From: Candidatus Latescibacterota bacterium
GTDB lineage: Bacteria > Latescibacterota > UBA2968 > GCA-2709665
Length of the DNA: 64,000 nt
Direction of reading: 5' to 3'
Assembly: GCA_965203805.1 (NCBI GenBank)
Contig: OZ241917.1
Coordinates: 2,912,001 to 2,976,000 of the forward strand
This document shows positions 10,831 through 19,907 of the stretch, piece after piece. Under the pieces are notes generated by a model. That model worked only from the letters and a program-made list of their open reading frames with translations, ran no database searches and had not been told where the DNA came from. The number at the start of each line of letters is the position of its first letter. The stretch's first letter is position 1. Made by a program: the position numbers and the translations under genes.

Positions 10831-11853
10831 ATGTCCATGCATCTGATGAAATGGCAGCGGCGGGAAGATCCGATCCTGTCCGCACTGACGACCAAGCAGG
10901 ACTGGAGCCGGGTTGAACTCTACAACCCGACGGTGCTCCGCGTCGCGGACAGGTACATGATGTGGTACATCGCACACGGTACCGCCACCCGTACAGACGA
11001 TTCGGTCGTGGGCTTTGCCGAATCGGACGACGGGATCCACTGGAACGAGCACCCGGACAACCCCATTCTCACACGCGACGATCTGCCCGCCTGCGACGCC
11101 TGGCAGACGCCCCACGTAATCTTCGACGCGGACGAGCGCCTGTTCAAGATGTGGTTCATCATGTCGACCGTTGTCCGGGGCGGGCCCACCTGGCTCGTGA
11201 GCTTCGCGCAGCAACTGGGGTATGCCACCAGCCGCGACGGGCTGAAATGGGACGTACACCCCGAGCCGATCTATCACAGCGGGCGACGTCCCTGCGTGAT
11301 CAAGGACGGTCCTGGCGCTTACCGGATGTGGATGAACTCATCCCCAACGCCCGACGGGAGTTTTGACGATCTGGTTCATCATATCTATCGCTTCTCATCC
11401 ACGGACGGCCTCCGCTGGACGCGCGACCCGGAACCCGCCGTGAGCTACGACGAAAAGCTCCGGGGAACGGTCTATCCGTTCGTCATGCGGGACGACGACG
11501 GATACACCATGTGGTACGGGGCCTGGCCCGCCGAAGGCGAAGTGCTGATTGACGCGGGCGCCGAGACGCCGCTGGTCCGCCCCGTGTTCGAGATCTACTG
11601 CTCCACGTCGGCCGACGGCATGAACTGGACTCACCACCATGACACCCCCGCACTGCCGGCAACGCGCGACCCGGTTGACTACGACGGACGGTATACGTCC
11701 ACGCCGTGCGTCGTCGACGGCGGGGACCGCTATCTGATGTACTATTCCGCAAGGGACTGGGGTACCCTCTATAGAACGGGAGCTGACACGCTGGGCATCG
11801 ATAGGGCCGGAATCTACCGCCACATCGGCGTGGCCGTGTGCCCCAAGACTTGA
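10831..11853 (+). CDS. Five-bladed beta-propeller glycosidase-like protein (GH43/32/130-like fold)
   Basis: Repeated MWY/MWF..GYA-S-DG-x-W blades, HPDNPIL. Confidence 0.7.
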   Translation: MSMHLMKWQRREDPILSALTTKQDWSRVELYNPTVLRVADRYMMWYIAHGTATRTDDSVVGFAESDDGIHWNEHPDNPILTRDDLPACDAWQTPHVIFDADERLFKMWFIMSTVVRGGPTWLVSFAQQLGYATSRDGLKWDVHPEPIYHSGRRPCVIKDGPGAYRMWMNSSPTPDGSFDDLVHHIYRFSSTDGLRWTRDPEPAVSYDEKLRGTVYPFVMRDDDGYTMWYGAWPAEGEVLIDAGAETPLVRPVFEIYCSTSADGMNWTHHHDTPALPATRDPVDYDGRYTSTPCVVDGGDRYLMYYSARDWGTLYRTGADTLGIDRAGIYRHIGVAVCPKT

Positions 11854-11879
11854 CATGTCGCCCATAACGAGGAGAACGA

Positions 11880-13892
11880 GTGGAAGGCGCTCAAGCCCGA
11901 AGGCTGTGGAATCGGACCGACCCGCAACAGCACGCGTCTTCGGAGGATCATCCCGGGTCTTCAAAGGACGGTCTGACGTTGCGGGCTTTCCTGATCGGGC
12001 TTGGACTCTGCGTGTTCCTGGGTGTCGCGCTTACGCACAACCGGATGGTCGTCCAGGGGCCCTTCATGGGCAATTACTTCATGGACCGGGGCGTGCTGTT
12101 CGTTTTCTTCGTCCTCGTTCTGGCCGTAAACCCCCTGGCCGGGGCCCTGAGGCGCCGGTTTGCGCTGGGGCGGGGCGAGTTGCTGGCCATCTACGTGATG
12201 TTGCTGTTTCTGATGCCGGCATGGAAGATGGCCAAGGCCCTGCTGGGCTTCATGACGGGCGTGACCTACTATGCTTCGCCGGAAATGCGCCACCTGGAAG
12301 CCGTGTTGCCGTATGCCCTTCCCTGGCTGTCGATCCTGGATACGGGCGCCGTAAGGGGGCTGTACGACGGTCTTCCCGCCGGGGACCCGGTGCCCTGGTG
12401 GGCATGGGTGGTTCCCATGTGGAGTTGGGGGTCGTTCCTGGTCGTACTCTACATCGTGCTCGTCTGCCTGGCCGTCCTGATGAGAAAGCAGTGGGAGGAG
12501 CACGAACGATTCGCGTTTCCCATCATGCAGGTCCCGCTGGAGATGAGCGAGGCGGGCGCGCGAAGGGTGGGTCCTCTGTTCCGCAGCAGGGTGATGTGGG
12601 GGGGAGTCGCGGTTCCGTTTCTGATCGGAATGTTGAACGGCCTTCAGCGGTACTACTATTCGCTTCCGCGGATTCCTCTGAGAACCGTGATCTGGATCTT
12701 CCGACGGGCGATCCCATTGCATATCGGCCTGCACTTTGCGATTTTTGGGTACTCGTATTTCGTGAATACGGACGTAAGCCTGAGCATCTGGCTGTTCAAC
12801 GTCATCGCCAAATGCGTCAGCGGAACTCTGGCCATCGTCGGGGCGGAAACCTACGGCGTCTCCGGGGTTGTGGGACGGCACAGTTCGCAGGGATCGGCAT
12901 TCCTGGCGATGATGGGCATGGGCTATATGCTCGGCCTGGCGGGGTACAGTCTGTGGATCGCGAGGGGACACCTGCGGCAGGTGTGGGCCAGGGCGACGGG
13001 CAGACCTTCGCGCCTGGACGATTCGGAAGAGGTGATCCCATACCGCTCCGCCGTGGCCGGCATCGTTGCGGGGTCACTCTATCTCGGATGCTGGCTCTTT
13101 CAGGCGGGCATCTCTCCCCATCTCGTCCTGCTGCTGGGCTTCTTCTGCTTTGTCGTGTTTCTCGTTCTCGCCCGCATCGTGAGCGAGACCGGATATTCCG
13201 TCACCTATTCCCCGCTCAACCCGTCGGAATTCGTGGTGTGCGCGGTGGGCTCAGCGGCGTTCGGACCCACGGGGCTGACTTCTCTCGGCGTTGGCTTCGC
13301 CTGGACGATGACCCGGCTGAACACGCTGATGCCCCGGGCCTCGGGCGCGCTGAGACTGGCACGGGAGATCGGACGCAAGCGGGGGCTGGTCCTGGCGATG
13401 GGCGCAGCGCTTGCGGCGGGCCTCGTCACCGCAGGCTATACGACGCTTCAATTGGGATACGAACACGGCGGCCGCAACCTGGATTACTGGTTCAGAGACG
13501 TCAACGATTGCGCGCTGCCGTTCGACGAATACATCGGCCGCCGGCTGCTCTCGCCCACTCCGGTCTTCTACCCCGGATTTCTGTACACGGCGCTGGGCGC
13601 CGGCGTTGTCGTCGCTCTGATGTCGCTCCGGTCGCGGCTCCCCTGGTGGCCGCTGCACCCGGTGGCGCTTCCGGTAAGCACGATCGCCTATACGCACCAT
13701 TACTTCTTCAGCGTGTTTCTCGCCTGGGGAATCAAGGCGCTCGTGCTGCGGTTCGGAGGCGCCAATCTGTACAGGATGACCCGGCCGTTTTTCATGGGAA
13801 TCATTCTGGGCGAGGCGGTCTGCCTGGGCATGTGGATCGTTATCGACAGCATAACGGGGAAAGTGGGCGGAATCTGGATCCTGCAACCCTAA
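11880..13892 (+). CDS. Polytopic membrane protein, DUF6785/DUF6784-like putative transporter
   Basis: Many TM segments, RKQWEEHERFAFP, WWPLHPV, RPFFMGIILGE. Confidence 0.8.
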   Translation: MEGAQARRLWNRTDPQQHASSEDHPGSSKDGLTLRAFLIGLGLCVFLGVALTHNRMVVQGPFMGNYFMDRGVLFVFFVLVLAVNPLAGALRRRFALGRGELLAIYVMLLFLMPAWKMAKALLGFMTGVTYYASPEMRHLEAVLPYALPWLSILDTGAVRGLYDGLPAGDPVPWWAWVVPMWSWGSFLVVLYIVLVCLAVLMRKQWEEHERFAFPIMQVPLEMSEAGARRVGPLFRSRVMWGGVAVPFLIGMLNGLQRYYYSLPRIPLRTVIWIFRRAIPLHIGLHFAIFGYSYFVNTDVSLSIWLFNVIAKCVSGTLAIVGAETYGVSGVVGRHSSQGSAFLAMMGMGYMLGLAGYSLWIARGHLRQVWARATGRPSRLDDSEEVIPYRSAVAGIVAGSLYLGCWLFQAGISPHLVLLLGFFCFVVFLVLARIVSETGYSVTYSPLNPSEFVVCAVGSAAFGPTGLTSLGVGFAWTMTRLNTLMPRASGALRLAREIGRKRGLVLAMGAALAAGLVTAGYTTLQLGYEHGGRNLDYWFRDVNDCALPFDEYIGRRLLSPTPVFYPGFLYTALGAGVVVALMSLRSRLPWWPLHPVALPVSTIAYTHHYFFSVFLAWGIKALVLRFGGANLYRMTRPFFMGIILGEAVCLGMWIVIDSITGKVGGIWILQP

Positions 13893-13968
13893 CCGTAACC
13901 GGACCGGGGTGCGGGCATTGAATCAGGCTGAGTGAGGTCGGTCAGCCCACGGAAAGAGAGTTGCAGAC

Positions 13969-14796
13969 ATGGAAGCGGGAACTGACGTGGACGAACTGAT
14001 GCAAGGCAAACTGAATCAGATGCGCGTCAATGGCTGGTGTGTCGTCGAGGACGTCATTCCCAGGGAACGGGTCGAGGCGGTGAGAACGCACGTTATGGAT
14101 GCCGTGCATCGGCACGCGAACGCCGAAACGCTCGAGGACAAGGGCATCGGGCACGTCTCCGGCTTTGTCGCGCGCGAGCAGTCATTCGCGCCTTATGTGG
14201 CGGATTCCGGGGTCATGGGCGTCGTCGAGGGCATGCTGGGCGAACACGTCCGGATTTCTTTCACGACCGCAACGGTCAACTTTCCCGGTAACCCGCGCGG
14301 CGGGTGGCACGCGGACTGGCCCTTCAACCAGAACAACGCCGGACATATCTCCGCACCCTATCCCGATGCGGTGATGCACCTTACCACACTATGGATGCTC
14401 TCCCCCTTCAGCGCGAAGAACGGCGGGACCCTCATTCTTCCCGGCAGCCACCGTTCCACGAACAATCCCAGCGGGGGAAACGGATTCGACCCGCTCGGCG
14501 CGATTCCCGGCGAATGCAACGCGGAAGGCGAAGCGGGAAGCGTGCTGATGCTGGACAGCCGGCTCTGGCACGCCTCGGCCCCCAACCTTTCCGGCGAACC
14601 GCGTGTGTCGGTCGTGATTCGCTACGCCCCCTGGTGGCTCGATACAAGTGTCCTGATGCCCGGGTCCGAAGAGCGGAAACTGATGCTGGAAGCAACGGGG
14701 CTGAATTCGCCCGAAGTCCCGGCCGTTCCGCGGGAAGTCTATGATACGATGCCCGAAAGGGTGAAGCCCCTTTTCCGGCACTGGGTCCGGTCGTAG
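13969..14796 (+). CDS. Phytanoyl-CoA dioxygenase (PhyH) family Fe/2OG enzyme
   Basis: WHAD (HxD), NGGTLILPGSH, LWHA, distal Arg. Confidence 0.88.
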   Translation: MEAGTDVDELMQGKLNQMRVNGWCVVEDVIPRERVEAVRTHVMDAVHRHANAETLEDKGIGHVSGFVAREQSFAPYVADSGVMGVVEGMLGEHVRISFTTATVNFPGNPRGGWHADWPFNQNNAGHISAPYPDAVMHLTTLWMLSPFSAKNGGTLILPGSHRSTNNPSGGNGFDPLGAIPGECNAEGEAGSVLMLDSRLWHASAPNLSGEPRVSVVIRYAPWWLDTSVLMPGSEERKLMLEATGLNSPEVPAVPREVYDTMPERVKPLFRHWVRS

Positions 14797-14846
14797 GGAC
14801 GGGCCTCTTGTCGAAACGTGTCGATCCTGTCCGGAGGTGCGCAAAA

Positions 14847-15800
14847 ATGGCCGAGACCGCAACAAAAACCGAATATACCGCGCCGAATCCCGGGTTCGGA
14901 TTCTCGGATGTGCCGCAGACCGAATTCGATTTTCCGTTCCCGGCCCTGACGCTGGAACAGCGGATGCGGTTCGAGCTGTTCGGATACACGATCGTCGAGG
15001 ATCTGTTTACCGAACAGGAACTGGAGTCCATCGAAGCGTCAGCCAACAGATTGAAGGCGGAAATCCTGGACGCGGCCGGCGACGTCGAGATCACGCCGCC
15101 GCCGCCGCCGAAAAAATACGTAGACTTCCGGGACGGTGCGATGTGGCGGGCGAACCGGAGAAGGACGGCTTCGGGCGACCTTCACCTGGAACGCCTGGAG
15201 ATCGAGAACGTGCTGGGGCTGGACCCCATCTACCTGTCGGTGCTGACCAGGCCGCGCGTCCTGGGGGTTGCCACGGAACTGCTGGGCGGGACGTTTCGAT
15301 TCCACCAGGTCGCCGTCCGCTTCAACCGGCGTTCCGAAACTCCCGTTCTGGGATGGCACGGCGGGGTGACCCGGCACAAGGACCGAGCGGTCCGCAAAAA
15401 CGGATGGTTCCATACGCAGATCCTCGGCCTGATTCTCTACCTTACGGACGTGGGCCCGGGTGACGGCGGTACCGGGATCTTCGCGGGAAGTCACAGACTC
15501 GACCTCTCCTACGACGATTTGAAGCAGTACATCACGGACCATCCGGACTCCGAGTTCTTCCACCAGACCACGGCGAAGCGCGGCGCCGCGCTGCTGTTTG
15601 CCGACGGCCCGCTGATGCACCGGACCATCAACATCGAGACGGACAAGGAACGGCTTATCATGCTCTCGCGGATTGTCCATTCAGACTATGAGTTCGGCGG
15701 CATGGAGTCGCTGGGGCAGACCGACCACGTACCGCACGAGCTCATGCCGCTGTTCTATGGACGGGCGTTCACACCCAGATATCGACCCCGCGGCGAATAA
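14847..15800 (+). CDS. PhyH-family Fe/2OG enzyme with HxG variant motif
   Basis: FELFGYTIVEDL, WHGG, YLTDVGPGDGGT..GSH, LMHR. Confidence 0.8.
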   Translation: MAETATKTEYTAPNPGFGFSDVPQTEFDFPFPALTLEQRMRFELFGYTIVEDLFTEQELESIEASANRLKAEILDAAGDVEITPPPPPKKYVDFRDGAMWRANRRRTASGDLHLERLEIENVLGLDPIYLSVLTRPRVLGVATELLGGTFRFHQVAVRFNRRSETPVLGWHGGVTRHKDRAVRKNGWFHTQILGLILYLTDVGPGDGGTGIFAGSHRLDLSYDDLKQYITDHPDSEFFHQTTAKRGAALLFADGPLMHRTINIETDKERLIMLSRIVHSDYEFGGMESLGQTDHVPHELMPLFYGRAFTPRYRPRGE

Positions 15801-15815
15801 GACAGGGAGGAAGCA

Positions 15816-17096
15816 ATGGTGGCAGAGCGTGCCGCCGGGACGCCGATATGGTATACTCCTCGAATCTGCGGGGTCGATCCGACCGGTCGAACGATTTCGG
15901 TTAAAGCCGGGGAGACCATTGACCTTCGTCTCGAGGTAGAACCCTGTCAGTCGCTTCCGACCGGGCAGGACTGGCGGCGCCGTGCGGAGCCGATCCTGTC
16001 AGCCTCGACGACGAAACAGGACTGGTGCCGCGTGCTCCTCTACATGCCCTGCGTGCTGAGGGCGGACGGCATCTACAAGATGTGGTACGTAGGCAGTTCC
16101 GACCACGCGCGCAACCCTTCGTACATCCACCTCGGGTACGCCACGTCGACGGACGGGTTGCGATGGGAACCGCATCCGGATAATCCGATCGCCACCGACG
16201 ATGCGATTCCCTGGGGCTGGCGTTTCCAGGCGCCGTACGTGCTCTACGACCCCGAGGAGAAGATTTACAGGATGTGGTTTACCGCCGTCGATGAGGTCGA
16301 CGCGGAGGGACGCCCGTGGTTGAACCAGCGGGTGGGGTACGGCGAGAGTCCCGACGGGATTTCCTGGACGTTCCACCCTGAGCCCGTGCTGCGTACCGGG
16401 CGTCGTCCGTGTGTCCTGAAACTGAACGACGGCACGTACAGGATGTGGGTGAACGCGCCGTCCGAAACGGATCCTGATCTGCAGATGACCCTGAACGTCA
16501 TTTCCGCCCGTTCAGGGGACGGTCTGCACTGGGAACACGAAGGGGACGCGGTTCGGTACGGCGGGATCTATAGCTCCTGCGTGTATCCCTTCGTGATGCG
16601 CGACCGGGACGAACTGGCGATGTGGTTCGGCGGGCACCGGGCGGGCGGCGCTTTCGATATTTCATTCGGGCGCACCCGCGACGGCCGCACCTGGTATTAC
16701 CAGAACGACGTGCCGACGTTTCCGCCAAACCCGCGCAGGGAAGCGTTCGACGGCCGGTACACATCCACCCCGCACGTATTGAAACTGCCTGGCAGATACC
16801 TGATGTACTATTCCGCGCGGGACATGGACGACGGCTGGGTCGCGCCGGACGGCTCCCACCGGCGGGACGCCGACGGGGTGTACCGCCACATCGGCTGCGC
16901 CGAACTGCCTGTCGACGCAATGGAGGATCCGGGCCTCCGCTTTTCGTGGACGTCCGATGGCAAGGCAATACCCGGAAACCGCGGATCGCTGCGGTTCGAG
17001 GCGGACAGGGTGGGCAGGCATTCGATAACCTGCCGCGTGGAAAATGACAACGGATCAGCCGCGTACACCTGGGAGGTTGATGCAGGCAATGGATAG
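15816..17096 (+). CDS. Beta-propeller glycosidase-like protein flanked by Ig/PKD-like segments
   Basis: Paralog of 10831 (TTKQDW, HPEP, DGRYTSTP, MYYSARD, YRHIG). Confidence 0.7.
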   Translation: MVAERAAGTPIWYTPRICGVDPTGRTISVKAGETIDLRLEVEPCQSLPTGQDWRRRAEPILSASTTKQDWCRVLLYMPCVLRADGIYKMWYVGSSDHARNPSYIHLGYATSTDGLRWEPHPDNPIATDDAIPWGWRFQAPYVLYDPEEKIYRMWFTAVDEVDAEGRPWLNQRVGYGESPDGISWTFHPEPVLRTGRRPCVLKLNDGTYRMWVNAPSETDPDLQMTLNVISARSGDGLHWEHEGDAVRYGGIYSSCVYPFVMRDRDELAMWFGGHRAGGAFDISFGRTRDGRTWYYQNDVPTFPPNPRREAFDGRYTSTPHVLKLPGRYLMYYSARDMDDGWVAPDGSHRRDADGVYRHIGCAELPVDAMEDPGLRFSWTSDGKAIPGNRGSLRFEADRVGRHSITCRVENDNGSAAYTWEVDAGNG

Positions 17097-17325
17097 ATCC
17101 GTGATCCTGGCCGCGGACCGCCGCGCGAGACGGACCGCGGAAACGTACCACCGGACGCGGGATCGGGACCACTTGAAGCGGCTGGTCCGGGAACGCGACG
17201 CCATTGTCGAGTACATCGCCGCGAATCCCGTGGACGGCGCCTATCACCTGGGCGGCATCGGAGGGAAGCGGGGGAATATCAACAACTTCCTGATGGGGCA
17301 CCTCTGGGGAATCGAAAAGATCTGA
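17089..17325 (+). pseudogene. Short ORF, probably a truncated gene abutting hicB
   Basis: Coding-like GC3, coupled to the upstream stop, overlaps the hicB 3' end. Confidence 0.4.
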
Positions 17326-17638
17326 GCAACCTTGCGCTCACCAACCGGTTCAGGCTCACGCCCTGCTCCGCCGCTTCGATGACCAGGGCGCGGTGCGATT
17401 CCGGCGGCAGACGAACCAGGAACTTTCCGCTATACGCGCGGTCCGCCAACGACGCCGGCGCCGGTTCGCCGGTGGCGCGCATGTCGGCCACGGATTCCCG
17501 GACGAGCCGCCGGATGCCGGACAATGCCTCGTCTGGTGACGGCGCGAGCCAGCTCAACGAAGGGAATTCCGCGCAGAGACCCACGTGTTCGTTGTCTTCC
17601 TGGGACCATGTGATCCGGTACGTGTAATGATCGTTCAT
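17279..17638 (-). CDS. hicB: HicB family antitoxin
   Basis: YTYRITWSQED..GLCAEFPSLSW..YSGKFLVRLPPESHRAL..GVSLNRL. Confidence 0.9.
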   Translation of the reverse strand: MNDHYTYRITWSQEDNEHVGLCAEFPSLSWLAPSPDEALSGIRRLVRESVADMRATGEPAPASLADRAYSGKFLVRLPPESHRALVIEAAEQGVSLNRLVSARLLRSFRFPRGAPSGSC

Positions 17639-17883
17639 TTCATCTCCTTGAGTTTGTCGACTGCCCTGATGACCTGGCGGACCTGATACGGCTTCGCCAT
17701 GCCTTTGTCGTTTTGGATGTTAACTCGCGGGTCGCCCGGCCACGGCATCCGGTAGATCCGATGGCTTGTCCCTTTCTGGCGTGGTTCCCCGAAACAGGCG
17801 TGGCAGAGCCTTGCGAGATCCGCAAAACGGACCCCATTCGGATTGTTACGAAGCGCTTTGAGGATTTCCGTCGTGCTTACCAT
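17635..17883 (-). CDS. hicA: HicA family toxin
   Basis: NPNGVRFADL..FGEPRQKGTSHRIY..VNIQ..AKPYQVRQV; ATGA overlap with hicB. Confidence 0.88.
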   Translation of the reverse strand: MVSTTEILKALRNNPNGVRFADLARLCHACFGEPRQKGTSHRIYRMPWPGDPRVNIQNDKGMAKPYQVRQVIRAVDKLKEMK

Positions 17884-17888
17884 GATGC

Positions 17889-17917
17889 ATGATATCAATA
17901 ATGATACTAATTGTAAA
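17889..17917 (-). promoter_or_regulatory. Sigma70-type leaderless promoter with TATCA-N4-TGATA operator
   Basis: TTTACA-17-TATCAT, 5 nt before the hicA ATG. Confidence 0.7.
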
Positions 17918-18060
17918 GTGGAAATGTCTCGTGCCAGGAACGACGTGCGAGCCGGAACACACTCTCGATTTCTATACGGTGACACGCGCGACACGCTGAT
18001 CAGGCTTCGAGTCGACAATAGTCACCTTAGTGCCTATTCCTGAGCAAGAATGGTGCCTGC

Positions 18061-19872
18061 ATGGAACAACCCATCCTGATTCTGCACGCGGGAAGCGACC
18101 CGTCGGAAGACCTGTGCGCCGAGGTGCTCCGGTGCGAGGGCTTTCCCTGGCTGGAAGAGCGCCCCGCCTCCGGATTTGACGGTGTACCTCCCGGCGTCAG
18201 CCTGGTCGTGCTGGCTGGCACTGGCGTCGGCCGAACCATCGCGGAGCGCTTGGCAGGGGCTGTTTCCGCGGGTGTTTCGCTGGTCGCGCTCGCGCCCGAT
18301 CCGGCCGTCGCGGCAGCGTTCGGCGTGTCGGGCGCCGATGCTGTGACCGACGCCCACCTGTCCGTGACCGCACTGGACGGTTGGGAGCATGGCGACGTGC
18401 CGCTGCTGTGCCCCGACGACACCTCCCAACCCCTTCGCGGCGGCCGGGAAGTGGCGGCGCTACGGGCCGATGGCGGAGAGCGATACGGATCCGGAATCGT
18501 ATCCGTCCGCGTGGGAGATGGAAGGGCATGGATTTACGGCTACGACCTCTGCCGGACCGTGGCCACGCTGCGTCACGGCACGGGCGACGTGCGCGAGCGT
18601 CCGGCGAAGGACATGGGGCCGCTCACCGGGCCGCGGCACATCTACGGTTTCTTCGAGCTTTCCGATAAGCTGCCCCGGGACGTGCCGGTTTGCGACCTGC
18701 ATCAGGATATTCTGAGGACGCTCGTTCTGTCCTCCCTCTCCGATAGCTGTCTTCCCCGGCTCTGGCACTTTCCCGATGCCGCCCCCGCGCTCTGGTTCGT
18801 GAAGGGCGATGGCTGCGGCGAGGTCGGCGCCGACATGGTGGTCCGGGTCGTCGAGGAATACGACGCCTATCTCACGTTCAACAGACCCCCCGTGAGCCGT
18901 TTCCGCGGTGACCTGATGAGGGATTGGCACGAGCGGGGGCACGGCATCACCATCGAAGCCAACCTGGACGACGTCACGCGGCCCGTGGTCGACGTCTCGG
19001 GAAAGAAGGTCCGGCGATCACGCACCGCACAGGACCTGAACGAAAACGCGCTGCCCGATATCCGCGCCAACCTGGAGGCGCACCGCGACAGCTTCTTCCG
19101 CGACATCGGTCTGGAAATGGACACGATCTGCATCCACGGCTGCCAATGGTCGGGGCAGCCGATGGCGGAGATGGTGGTCGACCTCGGCTGGTACACGCCC
19201 ACCCACTTCATCTCGCACGATCCGCGCATGCGCCACGATGAACGCTACGGGCCGTACATGATTTCGACCGCCCTGCCCCTCCGATACTTCCAGCATGGTG
19301 TGGGGGTCCTGGACCTGTGGCACATGCCGGCGCAGTGGGACGAGAGCCAGACGCTGGGGGAACGGGACTCCGCGGACCCGAAATCGACGGGCAGGGTGGG
19401 CCTGTCGGCGGAGGCATACGGCGAGGAACTCACCCGGTTCGCCGAAGACGCGGCGCGGCGCTGGCACGGCTGCCAGATCGCGAACTTTCACCCCAGCTAC
19501 GTCGCGATGTCCCAGGACGATCCCAGGGCCTCCCGGCGTGCGCTGGAGATGGGTCTGGACGGCGCCCGGGCGGCGGGATGCCGGTTCGAGAACCAGGAGC
19601 GGTGGTCGCGGTTCTCCCGGGCCCGGGCGGACGTGCGGCTCGCGGAGCGGCGGGAGGAGGGCGAAGCCGTCTTTCTGACGCTGGTCTCCCCCGGAGACCT
19701 GCATGGACTCACCCTGCTGCTGCCCGATCGTGTGACCGGGGTCCGCGTTGCCGAAACGGGGAACGCCCTGGACGTCCGTGGGGTTGTGCTGGAGGGACGG
19801 CGCCAGCGGGCGGCGTCCATGGATCTGTTCGCTGAAACGCCCCTTACCCTTCGAATGGACACCGCGACCTGA
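18061..19872 (+). CDS. Hypothetical protein, GATase-like N-terminus plus polysaccharide deacetylase-like barrel
   Basis: Long GC3-rich ORF; PRLWHFPD..KGDG, ANFHP. Confidence 0.55.
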   Translation: MEQPILILHAGSDPSEDLCAEVLRCEGFPWLEERPASGFDGVPPGVSLVVLAGTGVGRTIAERLAGAVSAGVSLVALAPDPAVAAAFGVSGADAVTDAHLSVTALDGWEHGDVPLLCPDDTSQPLRGGREVAALRADGGERYGSGIVSVRVGDGRAWIYGYDLCRTVATLRHGTGDVRERPAKDMGPLTGPRHIYGFFELSDKLPRDVPVCDLHQDILRTLVLSSLSDSCLPRLWHFPDAAPALWFVKGDGCGEVGADMVVRVVEEYDAYLTFNRPPVSRFRGDLMRDWHERGHGITIEANLDDVTRPVVDVSGKKVRRSRTAQDLNENALPDIRANLEAHRDSFFRDIGLEMDTICIHGCQWSGQPMAEMVVDLGWYTPTHFISHDPRMRHDERYGPYMISTALPLRYFQHGVGVLDLWHMPAQWDESQTLGERDSADPKSTGRVGLSAEAYGEELTRFAEDAARRWHGCQIANFHPSYVAMSQDDPRASRRALEMGLDGARAAGCRFENQERWSRFSRARADVRLAERREEGEAVFLTLVSPGDLHGLTLLLPDRVTGVRVAETGNALDVRGVVLEGRRQRAASMDLFAETPLTLRMDTAT

Positions 19873-19907
19873 TGTGGCGTTCTCGACCCGGTATGCGGAG
19901 AATACCG

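Noticed and set aside
11855-13921. 688-aa alternative + frame ORF and other long shadow ORFs (e.g. 19497-21101, 28403-29818, 54362-55870)
   Set aside because: Arg/Gly/Pro-rich or antisense products of high GC3 overlapping well-supported genes
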